64,000 nt of DNA, taken from Geopsychrobacteraceae bacterium. GTDB lineage: Bacteria; Desulfobacterota; Desulfuromonadia; Desulfuromonadales; Geopsychrobacteraceae. Below, one piece after another: positions 48,811 to 59,300 of this stretch. Position 1 is the first letter of the stretch. Every line of letters starts with the position of its first letter. The position numbers and the translations under genes are program-made. The notes under the pieces are model-generated. The model had not been told where the DNA came from and searched no databases. It worked only from the letters and a program-made list of their open reading frames with translations. The DNA is taken from contig CAXXTB010000002.1 of the NCBI GenBank assembly GCA_963676795.2, positions 768,001-832,000 on the forward strand, in the 5' to 3' direction.

Positions 48811-49546
48811 TCGACTCCATGGCAGCGTTGTACATCATCAGCTTATTGGCGATCAGTTCCGGATCGATATTGTACGTCTTGAGAATCTCTTCGGTCCCCT
48901 GAATGTTGGGGTTGGAGAGCATTCCGCGGCAGCCGTAGCAGACGTTACCGTTGTTGATGCACCAGGAGTTGCAGCCCGCTCTGGTAACCGGCCCCAGACA
49001 GGTGACGCCCAGGTCGAATCGGCAGACGTTTTCGTTGAACTTGCATTCGACGCAGACCGAGTAATCGGGAACCTGATAGTGGAGGCCGGCCAGGGCCGAT
49101 TTGATGACCTTGATCACCTCGGCCGGATAGACCGGACAGCCATGGATGAAGTAGTCGACATCGATGATGGCGTGGACAGGTTTGGTTTCGATCGCCGGAT
49201 ACCAGTCACCCTTGTCGCCGTAAACCTCCTGCTTCGATTCTTCCAACGGACGGCGGTTTTTCATACCGTTGACGCCGCCGATGGTCGCACAGCTGCCGTA
49301 GGCGACAACGTTCTTGGCGCGGCGGCGGATCTCCTTGACGCGCTCGATCGCTTCCTCGTTGGTGACGCTCCCTTCGATGAAGGCGATGTCATAGTCGCCT
49401 TCCCACTTTTCGGTCATGATTTCGCGGAATTCGACCAGATCGATCAGGCCGAGTACGTCGAGCAGCATCTCGCCCATGTTGGCGATCTGCAGCTGGCAGC
49501 CTTCACAGCAGGAGAGATCGAAAAATGCGACTTTAGGACGAGACAT
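48800..49546 (-). CDS. Group 3b NiFe-hydrogenase small (delta) subunit
   Basis: SCCEGC, GSCATIGG, HGCP, CVEC, CLGPVTRAGC, CYGCRG. Confidence 0.92.
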   Translation of the reverse strand: MSRPKVAFFDLSCCEGCQLQIANMGEMLLDVLGLIDLVEFREIMTEKWEGDYDIAFIEGSVTNEEAIERVKEIRRRAKNVVAYGSCATIGGVNGMKNRRPLEESKQEVYGDKGDWYPAIETKPVHAIIDVDYFIHGCPVYPAEVIKVIKSALAGLHYQVPDYSVCVECKFNENVCRFDLGVTCLGPVTRAGCNSWCINNGNVCYGCRGMLSNPNIQGTEEILKTYNIDPELIANKLMMYNAAMESNDE

Positions 49547-50382
49547 CAGATCGCTCCTTTCATGGTTTTGAGTTTGCTGTAGCTGAACACCGGACCGTCC
49601 TGACAACAGTAGATATCATGGATCTGGCAGTGGCCGCACTTGCCGAGGCCGCACTTCATGTGACGTTCCAGCGACAGGTAGATGCGGTCATCGGTGAAGC
49701 CTTTTTTCAGCAGCTCATCGACAACGGAGCGATACATGACCGGCGGTCCGCAGGCCACGGCGAAGGTTTTGAGAGGATCGAGGGTGACACCCGGGATCAG
49801 CTGGTTGATGTAGCCGACATGGCCGCCCCATTCCGGTGCCGCTTTATCGATGGAGCAGAGAAACTGCAGGTCGATCCGTCTGGCCCAGTCGTCCAGTTCG
49901 TCGGCGAAGAGCATGCTCTGCGGATCGCGGCAGCCGAGCAGGATGCTGACCTTGCCGAACATGCGGCGGTTGTCGATGATGAACTTGATCAGCGAACGCA
50001 AGGGGGCAATCCCTAAGCCCCCGGCGATCAGCAGGACATCGTTGCCTTCGAGGGGAACGATCGGAAAACCGACGCCAAAGGGGCCGCGGATGCCAATCTC
50101 GTCTCCGACTTTGAGCTGATGAAGGGCTTCAGTGAAGCGTCCGGCTTTACGTACGCAGAGTTCGAAATCCTCGAACTGGGTCGGTGACGAGCAGACCGAA
50201 ATCGGTGCTTCGCCGACGCCAAACAGGGAAACCTCGACAAACTGGCCGGGATCCTGGTCTAGGATCTCGCCATGCGGCAGGACGATCCTGAACAGTTTTT
50301 CATGGGCGGTCAGTTCCTTGATCTGAACAATCCGGCCCTGCTTGATTTCGTAGCCGGAGTGATGAATGTGTATGCGTTCCAT
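49546..50382 (-). CDS. Group 3b hydrogenase gamma subunit (FAD/NAD(P)-binding, 2Fe-2S)
   Basis: PGQF, RGPFG, AGGLGIAPL, CGPP, MKCGLGKCGHC. Confidence 0.92.
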   Translation of the reverse strand: MERIHIHHSGYEIKQGRIVQIKELTAHEKLFRIVLPHGEILDQDPGQFVEVSLFGVGEAPISVCSSPTQFEDFELCVRKAGRFTEALHQLKVGDEIGIRGPFGVGFPIVPLEGNDVLLIAGGLGIAPLRSLIKFIIDNRRMFGKVSILLGCRDPQSMLFADELDDWARRIDLQFLCSIDKAAPEWGGHVGYINQLIPGVTLDPLKTFAVACGPPVMYRSVVDELLKKGFTDDRIYLSLERHMKCGLGKCGHCQIHDIYCCQDGPVFSYSKLKTMKGAI

Positions 50383-50383
50383 A

Positions 50384-51418
50384 TCAGCCTCGCTCCTCGA
50401 TCAACGCGTTGATGGTCTCTTTCAGATTGATTTTGGCCATGCAGCTGCGGCTGCAGCGGCCGCAACCGACACAGAAGACCCGGTTGTAGCGTTCCATCGG
50501 GTAGCGGAACTTACGGTTGAAGCGATGGCGTTTACGATCATAGCGGTGCTCACGGAAGCTCTCGCCGCCGGCGATCTTGGCAAAGTCCTCATTCTGACAG
50601 GAATCCCAGACCCGGTAGCGGCGACCTTTGGTTGCGTCGAGTTCCGGTTCGTCGATCACGTCAAAACAGTAACAGGTCGGGCAGACGTTGGTGCAGTTGC
50701 CGCAGGAGACGCAGCGGTCGCCAAGCTGATGCCATACGTCGCTTTCGAAGGTCTCCTCAAAGAGGCGCGGAATATCCTGATAGCGGATCGGAACCTCGCT
50801 CTTGAAGATCTGCTTCTTTCGCTCGCGCATCTCACTTAAGCCTTTCTCCGCATCGGCCCTAACCGGTTCGAACAGGCCGGAGTGGGCGACAATCTGGTCC
50901 CCCTTGTCGGTGCTGACATCGACGTAGTAATAATCGCCGATATCGCTCAAAAAGATGTCGTAGCCGCCTTTGGGCAGGTGATTGCGCATCATTGCGCAGT
51001 TAGCATATTCGTCACAATAATCTGTGCACTCGATCCCGATCAGCGTAAAATGGGTCTTCCTTATCAGGTAGTGGATGTCGCGCGGCCGGTCGGAAAAGAC
51101 CACGTTCAGGCACTGGGTGCCAGCCAGGTCGCAGGTGTGGACCCCGAACAGGACCAGTTCTTCGACTTCGACGATCGCTTCCATGCTCTGCCCGTTGGAG
51201 GTGTCATAGGTCAGCAGGGTTTCGTGCTGCGGCATATAATACTTCTTCGGCGGCAGGATCGTCGGGATGTAGTCGAGCGACATCTCTTCGAATGATGTGA
51301 CTTCTTCAAACTTGTAATGGTCTTTGTCGACTTTGACAGGAGCGACCACTTTCTGTCTGGCGGCCAGAAATTTAACCAGCGCAGGCATATTGCTTTTTGC
51401 TAACAGGACCTGACTCAC
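50384..51418 (-). CDS. Group 3b hydrogenase beta subunit (4Fe-4S)
   Basis: CVSCGNCTNVCPTCYCF, WDSC, CVGCGRCSRSC. Confidence 0.92.
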   Translation of the reverse strand: MSQVLLAKSNMPALVKFLAARQKVVAPVKVDKDHYKFEEVTSFEEMSLDYIPTILPPKKYYMPQHETLLTYDTSNGQSMEAIVEVEELVLFGVHTCDLAGTQCLNVVFSDRPRDIHYLIRKTHFTLIGIECTDYCDEYANCAMMRNHLPKGGYDIFLSDIGDYYYVDVSTDKGDQIVAHSGLFEPVRADAEKGLSEMRERKKQIFKSEVPIRYQDIPRLFEETFESDVWHQLGDRCVSCGNCTNVCPTCYCFDVIDEPELDATKGRRYRVWDSCQNEDFAKIAGGESFREHRYDRKRHRFNRKFRYPMERYNRVFCVGCGRCSRSCMAKINLKETINALIEERG

Positions 51419-51619
51419 AGGCTGCTCCTTCTCTCGCTGAGGGGTGGGATTCAGATTAAATAGCAGGATAAAACGCTATTCTCTTTAAAATATAGCTATT
51501 ATATTGTCAAGTCACCAGGCGAAAAATTTGTGTACAGTCGACAATATACCTATAGGTTTTTGTCAGAGAGTTATTGTTGATATGGATAGTTCTATACTTG
51601 TATTAAGACGGAGATTCGG

Positions 51620-52036
51620 ATGTTTATTCTTGATGAACGACTCAAAAAGGACACGATAGACTGCGGTTCCTGGCAACTTTGTAAGTTATTACTTATGAAC
51701 ACCAGAACCTATCCATGGTTTATTCTCGTGCCTCGGCGCGAAGGGGTGACGGAGATCCATCACTTAAATGAAGAAGACCGTTTGCAGTTCTGGGAAGAAT
51801 CACAGCGGTTGTCGCTCTGGCTGGAGGGGAATTTCATTTTCACCAAGCTCAATGTCGCTGCACTGGGAAATATCGTCCGTCAGCTTCATCTTCACCATGT
51901 CTGCCGCAGCGAAGGTGACCCCGCCTGGCCCGGTCCCGTCTGGGGACATGCGCCGGCGTTGCCCTATGCCGACGACGAGGCGGCGCAGATTGTCGCTCAG
52001 GTTCAAAAAGCATTTCCGGAACTCGTTACTTTGTGA
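51620..52036 (+). CDS. HIT-family protein
   Basis: YPWFILVPR, KLNVAALGNIVRQLHLHHV, DPAWPGPVWG. Confidence 0.9.
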   Translation: MFILDERLKKDTIDCGSWQLCKLLLMNTRTYPWFILVPRREGVTEIHHLNEEDRLQFWEESQRLSLWLEGNFIFTKLNVAALGNIVRQLHLHHVCRSEGDPAWPGPVWGHAPALPYADDEAAQIVAQVQKAFPELVTL

Positions 52037-52138
52037 AATTCTGAGGGTGACAGGAAACATGCTGCCAATTGACAGGCTGTTGGATTATGATAGGGCTACT
52101 GCTTAAATTGCTTCGAACCTCGGAAAAGGAGAACACAA

Positions 52139-52756
52139 ATGAAAATAGGTCGAATCATAATGATGCTCTCTCTGGGCGCGCTGGTTATCACTGCGAGTGG
52201 CTGTACCGGACGGGTCACAACGCGCGAGGTGGCTCCGGACGAAAAGGTCATCTATGACGAGGGGTATCATTTCTCCGACAAGAAGGCGATTGTCGATCAC
52301 ATGGTTAAATCGCTGCTTTCCAAATACCCGCTTGACCGGGCCCCAGACCGGCCGGTGCTGATCGTTTACGGTATCGCCAACCGGACCAGCGAGCATATCT
52401 CGACCTCGGCGATCAGCGATGATATCCGCATGGAACTGATCCAGAGCGGCCGGGTGCGCTTTGTCAACGAAACCCAGCGCGCCAACATCGAGCAGGAACT
52501 GAACTACCAGTACGGCGGCAATGTCGCAGCCGAGACGCGCATCGCCAAGGCGCGCCAGATCGGGGCGAAATACATGCTGACCGGTACCCTGCGCTCGATC
52601 GAAAAGGATCAGCCCAAACAGTTCCGCTTCAAGAAGAAAACCCTCATGTACTACAGTCTCAACCTGGAACTGACCGACCTTGAATCCGGCCTGATCGAGT
52701 GGGCTGACAGCACTGAAGTCATCCGCGAGGCCTCCAAGCCATTTATCGGCTGGTGA
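52139..52756 (+). CDS. lpoB: Penicillin-binding protein activator LpoB-like lipoprotein
   Basis: ASGC lipobox, NRTSEHI, GAKYMLTG, LELTDLESGLIEW. Confidence 0.8.
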   Translation: MKIGRIIMMLSLGALVITASGCTGRVTTREVAPDEKVIYDEGYHFSDKKAIVDHMVKSLLSKYPLDRAPDRPVLIVYGIANRTSEHISTSAISDDIRMELIQSGRVRFVNETQRANIEQELNYQYGGNVAAETRIAKARQIGAKYMLTGTLRSIEKDQPKQFRFKKKTLMYYSLNLELTDLESGLIEWADSTEVIREASKPFIGW

Positions 52757-53991
52757 TCTGTTCAGTGAAGACACCGTCCCTGGCCCGCAGCGGCAGACCT
52801 TTTTCAGTTTCCGCTGCGGGATCATTTATCCTGCTGGCGGTTCTGCTGCTCAGCGGCTGTGCCGGGCGCCTGGAAAAAGCCAGTGCCCTCTATTACCAGG
52901 GGCAGCCGCAGCAGGCTCTTGAACTGCTTGACAAGGGCGACAGCCTCGGCGGCCGCAACGCCTTGCTTTTTCTGGTGGAGAAGGGGGTTGTCCGGCATCA
53001 GCTCGGCGACTATCGGGGGAGTATCGACAGCCTTCTGGCTGCGGCACGGCTGATCGATCAGTTTGAAACGATCAGTCTGACCGAACAGGCCGGATCCCTG
53101 GTGATCAACGACTGGATGACCCGTTACAAGGGGGAATACAGCGAGCGGCTCTGGATCCACAGCTACCTGATGATGGATTACCTGCTGCTTGGCCAGTTCG
53201 ACGATGCCCTGGTTGAAGCCAGACTGGCTCTGAAGCGTCTGGAACAATATCCTGACGCCCTGAAGAACGATTATTTCACCCGCGCCCTGATGGCCCTCTG
53301 CTATGCTCAGCTGGGCGAAGATAACGATGCCTTCCTGGTCTATAAACGGCTGGCGGCCGATCTCGGTCCGGCGCCGGTGGCGGCTGATCTGGTCCGGCTG
53401 GCGGCGCGTATCGGTATGCCGGATGAGGTTGAGACCTATAAATCCTATCTGTCAGAGGCTCTCCCGCAGGGGGAGGCGGAACTGGTGCTGTTCGTCGCCA
53501 ATGGCCGGATCCCGGTCAAAAAGCCGGGCAACATCATCCTGCCGACGCTGACCCGCATCTCCTTCCCCTATTATGAAAACAGGGCAACCCGTCTGCCGTC
53601 TCTGAGCTTCATCCCTTCCGATTTAACCCCATCTGCAGTCCTTTCCACCGACATGGCCCAGGTCGCCAAAGATGCGCTTGAACAGCGCAAAGTGCAGATC
53701 ATCGTCAGAGAGACCGCCCGGGTCGCCGGCAAGGAAGCTCTGGCCCAGTCGGTCGGCAACAAAAACGGTGGCGGCACGGAACTCGCCGTCCGCTTGGGAC
53801 TGATGCTCCTCGAAGAAGCCGACACCCGCAGCTGGCTGACCCTGCCCGGACGTCTGACTCTGGTGCGCATCCCGCTTGTGGCCGGTCATTATCAGCTTGA
53901 GATTTTAAGGGGGGACAGTAGCGGACCGCTGCCGCTGCCGGAATTCGATATAACTCCGGGACAGCGCCTGTTCCGCTCGATCCGTTTTTAA
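52753..53991 (+). CDS. COG3014-like TPR lipoprotein
   Basis: LSGC lipobox, YKGEYSE, ALVEAR, EADTRSWLTLP; coupled to lpoB. Confidence 0.78.
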   Translation: MICSVKTPSLARSGRPFSVSAAGSFILLAVLLLSGCAGRLEKASALYYQGQPQQALELLDKGDSLGGRNALLFLVEKGVVRHQLGDYRGSIDSLLAAARLIDQFETISLTEQAGSLVINDWMTRYKGEYSERLWIHSYLMMDYLLLGQFDDALVEARLALKRLEQYPDALKNDYFTRALMALCYAQLGEDNDAFLVYKRLAADLGPAPVAADLVRLAARIGMPDEVETYKSYLSEALPQGEAELVLFVANGRIPVKKPGNIILPTLTRISFPYYENRATRLPSLSFIPSDLTPSAVLSTDMAQVAKDALEQRKVQIIVRETARVAGKEALAQSVGNKNGGGTELAVRLGLMLLEEADTRSWLTLPGRLTLVRIPLVAGHYQLEILRGDSSGPLPLPEFDITPGQRLFRSIRF

Positions 53992-54488
53992 AGCTGACCG
54001 CTCGGAACGGTGGTCCGGAACAATCTGATTTTCCCGTCCTTCAGCAGGGGCAGCACCAGCAGGCTGCTGATCATCTTGATCAGCGCCTGTCCCCAAATGA
54101 CCGGCCAGGCCGGCCCGAAGGCGAGCAGGACAAAGACCATCGAGTCGAGCGGGGTGGAGACCAGGTTGCTCAGGACCAGACGCCTTTCAAAGCTGCCGCG
54201 CCCGTAGCTGTAGATCAGCCAGTCACAGCCTTCGGCGACGACAAAGGCAGACACCGAAGCCAGCGCCAGGTCGGGATTGAAGAGCAGGGTAATCAGTGTG
54301 GCGATCAGCATCCAGCCCCAGCAGCCGAGCTTGCCGTAGCGCTGCTGAACCATGTCGCGGGCCGAAAAAGTCAGGCCGATCAGCGGGGCCCCGGCCGGAA
54401 AGCTGATGCCGAAGAGGCTGACGATGCCAAAACTGTGAACGACCATATTGGCCAGAACGATCGATGCGAGATAAAAAACTGCGCTCAT
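53988..54488 (-). CDS. VUT family (queuosine-precursor-type) transporter
   Basis: GLTFSARDMVQ, ASVSAF..AE..DW..Y, SNLVSTPLDS. Confidence 0.8.
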   Translation of the reverse strand: MSAVFYLASIVLANMVVHSFGIVSLFGISFPAGAPLIGLTFSARDMVQQRYGKLGCWGWMLIATLITLLFNPDLALASVSAFVVAEGCDWLIYSYGRGSFERRLVLSNLVSTPLDSMVFVLLAFGPAWPVIWGQALIKMISSLLVLPLLKDGKIRLFRTTVPSGQL

Positions 54489-54698
54489 AGACATCCTTGA
54501 TGTGAAAATCGTTTTCAATGGCAAGGTATCATAAGCGAGGTGACCACAGAATGCCAGTCGCCTGGAAAAAATTATCGTCTCCAGTGACATTCTTTATTTT
54601 GGCTGGAATAACTGGCAGAGTGATTCTTGAGTGTATATTCCCGGCTTGAAGGCTGTTTTGCAGGGCGCTTTTGGATGAATAGGAAAGGTTGAAGGGAT

Positions 54699-55124
54699 AT
54701 GGGAAAAAAACGTATTCTGTTTATTTGCAGCAGCAACTCCTGTCGCAGCCAGATGGCCGAGGGGATTGTCAATCATGATTTTGCCGGTAAGGTCGAGGCT
54801 GTTTCCGCAGGCCTTGAGCCAAAACACCTCAACCTGCTTGCGGTTAAGGTGTTGGCTGAGGTTGGAATCGATATTTCTCAGCAGAGGCCAGATTCATTAT
54901 GCCGCTATGAAGCGGAGCCCTTTGATTATGTGATCACCGTTTGTGGGGCTGCAGATGAAAAGTGTCCGGCTTTTTTCGGCGGGGTCAAACGCCTGCACCT
55001 GGGTTTTGATAATCCGCCTCAGCCGGACGAAAATGATCCGGAGGTTGTCGACGCATATCGCAACTTGCGTGACGAGATGAGGGGCCGGCTTGGTGAATTT
55101 TTCCGTGAACAATTGCAGAATTAA
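54699..55124 (+). CDS. arsC: Arsenate reductase (LMW-PTPase type)
   Basis: LFICSSNSCRSQMAEG, VITVC....EKCP. Confidence 0.88.
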   Translation: MGKKRILFICSSNSCRSQMAEGIVNHDFAGKVEAVSAGLEPKHLNLLAVKVLAEVGIDISQQRPDSLCRYEAEPFDYVITVCGAADEKCPAFFGGVKRLHLGFDNPPQPDENDPEVVDAYRNLRDEMRGRLGEFFREQLQN

Positions 55125-55172
55125 ACCGCTGAGCCGTTTCTTTTCTTCTTTCAGGCATTGTGGTGAAATTTT

Positions 55173-55394
55173 ATGAATCAAACGATCTGTTTCTGTTTTT
55201 CATATTCCGAGGAAGATATCCGCCAGGATCTGCTGGTTCACCAGGGGAAATCGTCGATCCTTGCAAGAATCATTGACGAAAAACGCGAAGGGAACTGCCG
55301 TTGCCATGACTTCCATCCCCAGCGACGCTGGTGTCTGCCAGACGTCCGCCGGGTTGTGGACGAAGTGAGTAAAGAGCTGAATCTAATTGTCTGA
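55173..55394 (+). CDS. BFD-like [2Fe-2S] protein
   Basis: ICFCF...CRC...WC. Confidence 0.7.
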   Translation: MNQTICFCFSYSEEDIRQDLLVHQGKSSILARIIDEKREGNCRCHDFHPQRRWCLPDVRRVVDEVSKELNLIV

Positions 55395-55487
55395 ATGGCA
55401 GCACGCACGATTTCTCAGGCCATCTGGCCACGGCCTGACGCTCTGTGTTAAACTTAAGTTCATCAGTCAGTTTTCTGAGGAGGTTCT

Positions 55488-55682
55488 ATGTCTTCAGAAG
55501 TAGCGGGGATGTCTTCCGCACAGAGTTTTTATCGTTCGGCCGGGTATGTAGCCGCCATGGCGGGTGTCCGGGGCAGTCTGCAGCAGCAGAAAATTCTTGA
55601 GCAGGCGGTTGTCAAGCTGATTGACGCGGCGGCTGTACCGATCGATTCGAACGTTGGTCAGAATATCGATATCTATGCCTGA
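55488..55682 (+). CDS. Small hypothetical protein (YjfB-like C-terminus)
   Basis: GAGGAGG RBS; ends VGQNIDIYA. Confidence 0.6.
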   Translation: MSSEVAGMSSAQSFYRSAGYVAAMAGVRGSLQQQKILEQAVVKLIDAAAVPIDSNVGQNIDIYA

Positions 55683-55779
55683 CGCTTGTTTGCACGCATT
55701 GACTTCCGTTGCCTGATTGCTTAGTCTCTACCACAACTTTTGATTGTTTTTGCTCTCCATAAGGCTCTACCGCACATCC

Positions 55780-56298
55780 ATGGCTTCAGTTCTACAGCTC
55801 AAATATCTGTCAGGTTACCCGGATCAGCTCAAAAAACAGGTGCAGCAGCTGATTGTGGAAAAGCGGCTGGGAGAGGTCATTCTCAAGCGGTTCCCTACGC
55901 CGCACAGTATAACCACCGATAAAGCCCTCTACGAATATACCATCGAGCTGAAAAACCAGTTCTTGCGCAAGACCCAGCCTTTAAGCAAGGTTGTGTTCGA
56001 CGGCAAAATAAACGTCCTGCACGACGCCCTCGGGCTGCACAGCTATGTTCCCCGTGTGCAGGGCGGCAAGATCAAAACCAAGAATGAGATCCGCATCGGC
56101 AGCATTTTCAAAACGGCGCCAGAAGCGTTCCTGCGTATGATCGTCGTTCACGAACTGGCCCATCTCAAAGAGAAGGAGCACGACAAGGCCTTCTATCAAC
56201 TCTGCCTGCACATGGAACCGGACTACCACCAGCTTGAATTCGACCTGCGCGTCTACCTGACGCATCTCGATCTGGTCGGGCCCGTCTATGGAACCTGA
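55780..56298 (+). CDS. YgjP-like (DUF45) metallopeptidase-fold protein
   Basis: RMIVVHELAHLKEKEHDKAFYQLC. Confidence 0.85.
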   Translation: MASVLQLKYLSGYPDQLKKQVQQLIVEKRLGEVILKRFPTPHSITTDKALYEYTIELKNQFLRKTQPLSKVVFDGKINVLHDALGLHSYVPRVQGGKIKTKNEIRIGSIFKTAPEAFLRMIVVHELAHLKEKEHDKAFYQLCLHMEPDYHQLEFDLRVYLTHLDLVGPVYGT

Positions 56299-56311
56299 AC
56301 CAGCATCTGGC

Positions 56312-59300
56312 TCAGCCCACTCCTTCCAGGAATTCTCGGACAATTTTTTTCTGGAGTGAATCGATCTGGGCAAAGGCCTGTTTGAGCATGGCATCATCCA
56401 TGTTGCTGAGACTGTCGATGAGAAGGTTGTTGTCCGGTGCAAGGCCCTGTTCCGTCCAGGATAGCTGGGCCTGGAAACGACGGCGCATGAGAAACTCATA
56501 TGCGCCCCGGATGGCTTCGATCTCGGCATGTTGCAGAACCCCCTTCCATTCCAGGGCCTCGATGCGGTCGAGGGTGTGGGTGTAGGGAAGCCTGTGGTAC
56601 AGCGCGTAGAGTCTGGCATAGCAGACCAGCGGCATCAGCATTTCCTTGAGGTTGAGTCTGCCGGCCTCTTCCGCGGGGCCGCCCGGTTTGATGAATTTGC
56701 CGAGCAGTCTGGCCGGTGCCTTGAAGAGCAGGGCGTTCTTGGCCAGATGCGACAGAAAACGCGGCCTGTCCCTGAGTTTTGTAAAGATATGCTCCTGCAG
56801 CTCGCGGGCGAGATGTGTTTCTCCAAAGACCGGACGAAAATCAAGACTGATGCTGACATCGAGAAGTTCCTGGGGCTCGGCCTTCATGATCCACTCGGAG
56901 AAGCTTTCCTTCCATTGCGACAGTGGCTTGCACCACTTTGGATTGCTGGCCATCACTTCGCCGAGACACAGGGCATAGCCGCCTTCATCGAGCAGACGGC
57001 AGACCTTTTCCCCAAGGGTGAGAAAATAACGGGCCGGGTCAGGGGCGGCCGGGTCCTTGGCCAGCGCGGGATCGCTATCTTCGTAGATGATGGCATTGTC
57101 CTGGTCGGTGAGTAGGGTCTGCTCCTGACGCCCCTGGCTGCCCATGGCGATGAAGGCAAATTGTGCCGGCGGTGGCCCCAGTTCCTCTATCGACAGTTCA
57201 ATGAAACGGCTGGTGGCCGCATCACAGACCTGCGAGTTCATATAGGCAACTGTACGCGGATTGGCACCGGCATAAATCAGTGACCCGGCAAGAGCCGGAA
57301 GCATTCTGCAGCAACGGATCACCTGCTCAGAATCTTCCGCCCTGGCGATTTCCTGCAGCAGGGCCACCGGCCCGTAGCGGTGGAACTGCAAAAGATCGGT
57401 GATGTGAATCGTGCGTGTGACTTTGCCTGTTTCGTCGACGACCACCAGATGCTGGACCTTGTTTTCTTCAAGCAGCATCAGGGCTTCGTAGACGACCGTC
57501 TGTCTGGAGACGGTCAACAGCGGGGCACTCATGATGGTCCGTACGGGATCCTTGAGGTTGGACGCAATCTTCCCGGCAACCCGCTTACGAAAATCGGTAT
57601 CGGTCACCAGTCCGATCGGTGCCCCGTTTTCCGATTCGACGACGATGCATGAGGTGTTCTGATTATTCATGATCGCGGCGGCTCTGTGGATCGGCGCCTC
57701 AACCTGACAGAAAACCGGGGCGGTCCCCATATCGTCAATGGCTTCCTGTAAAAACAGCAGCGAGGTTGACTGCCGTTCCAGAAAGGCCTGATTGGCAATT
57801 TTCTGTTGTGCGGCATCGTCGCCCTGGATATCGCGGACAAGCAGAATGACGCCCTTGCGTCCGCCGAGATCGATAGGGTTGATGGTGACGACACATTCAA
57901 GGGTGATATCCCGTGCGGCGTTCATAACGGCGTCGAAACGCCGCGAATCGTCCGTTTCTTCGGGTAATTGTCGCAGGCAGGACCAGAGCGCCGCGTTTTC
58001 GCTGGTTTGTGGCAGCAGGTCTTCAAGGGAGAGGAGTTCAAGCCTGTCGATGCTGTAGCCGGTCATCTTCAAGAAGGTGGGATTGCCATATCGGCAGCGA
58101 TTGTCAAGTACCAGCAGGGTCCCTTCCGTTGTCGCTTCAACGAGCGAGCGATAGCGTTGTTCCGCCTGGCTCAGATCCTCCTGCATATCGAGACGCCGGT
58201 TCTCCTGCAAGACACTCTGTCGCACGTTGACGAGCAGAACGATGAGAATCAGGACGACAATGCCGGTCAGTGTACAGGTCAGTTTTTTTTCAATCTGCCA
58301 GATCTCCCGATGAACATCGTCGACGTACATACCGGTGCCGATAATCCAGTTCCATGGTGCGAATCTGACGACATAGGATTCCTTTGCCGCCAGGCGGTCC
58401 GGATCATCCTGCCACTGCCAGACATAGGCGACAAAGCCAGCACCGCGTTCTTTCACCGTTTCGACAAACTTGACGAAAATGGGGATGCCACCGGGATCCT
58501 TGAAGTTGGAGAGGTCCTTGCCGTTGAGATCTGGGCGATAGGGATGCATGATCATGCGTGGAGTCATGTCCTGAATCCAGAAATAGTCCTTGCCATTCTT
58601 CCCGAAACGCAGGGCGTTGATCGTCTTGCTCACCTGTTGCTGCGCCTCCGCCCGGGAAACCTTGCCGAGCAGTTCATCCTGATGGGCCTCGGCAAGCAGG
58701 CTCAGGGTTATATTGGTGTACTCCTGAATTGTATTCCGTTTGCGATCGATCAGGATCTCTTCAAGTGACGGGAGGACCATGCCCCATATGGCGATCATAA
58801 AGAGCAGGATCGCCAGGAGTGATGGCAGAACAATGCGCGGGCGCAGAAATATCCATGGGGTACGCCTTTTTTTGCGCGTTGTTTCAGGGCGCGGGGATTC
58901 AATGTCCAGGTCCATCGGCAGCGGAGCATTGCTGAGCGAGTGCACCGTTTTCCGCCACATCTCGCTGGGAATATCGCAGTAGAAACTGTCATCGATGATG
59001 GCAGTCATCTTGTGAATGTCGGTCCCGGCGCAGACCAGTAATTCATGGCCCTCCATGGCCTTGCGCAGGGCTTCCTGTTCCGCGGCTGTTCCGCTGCCAC
59101 TGTAGCCCTCGAAGCCGTCCAGACCCATTTTCTTTAATTCTTCGATGGTGGCGCAAACGATTTCCAGATCGCGATCGATGACCAGTGGATGGGCTAGAAA
59201 GGCGCGACCGCCGCTACGATGGACCAGGGCAATGGCCTCCTCGGTTGTGAGGTAGCCATTCTCAACCACACCAGGTGCCGGATTTCCGCTTGGGGCGGCT

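Noticed and set aside
47482..51418. Selenocysteine-containing or novel hydrogenase
   Set aside because: Both Ni-binding motifs use Cys and the gene order is the standard group 3b arrangement.
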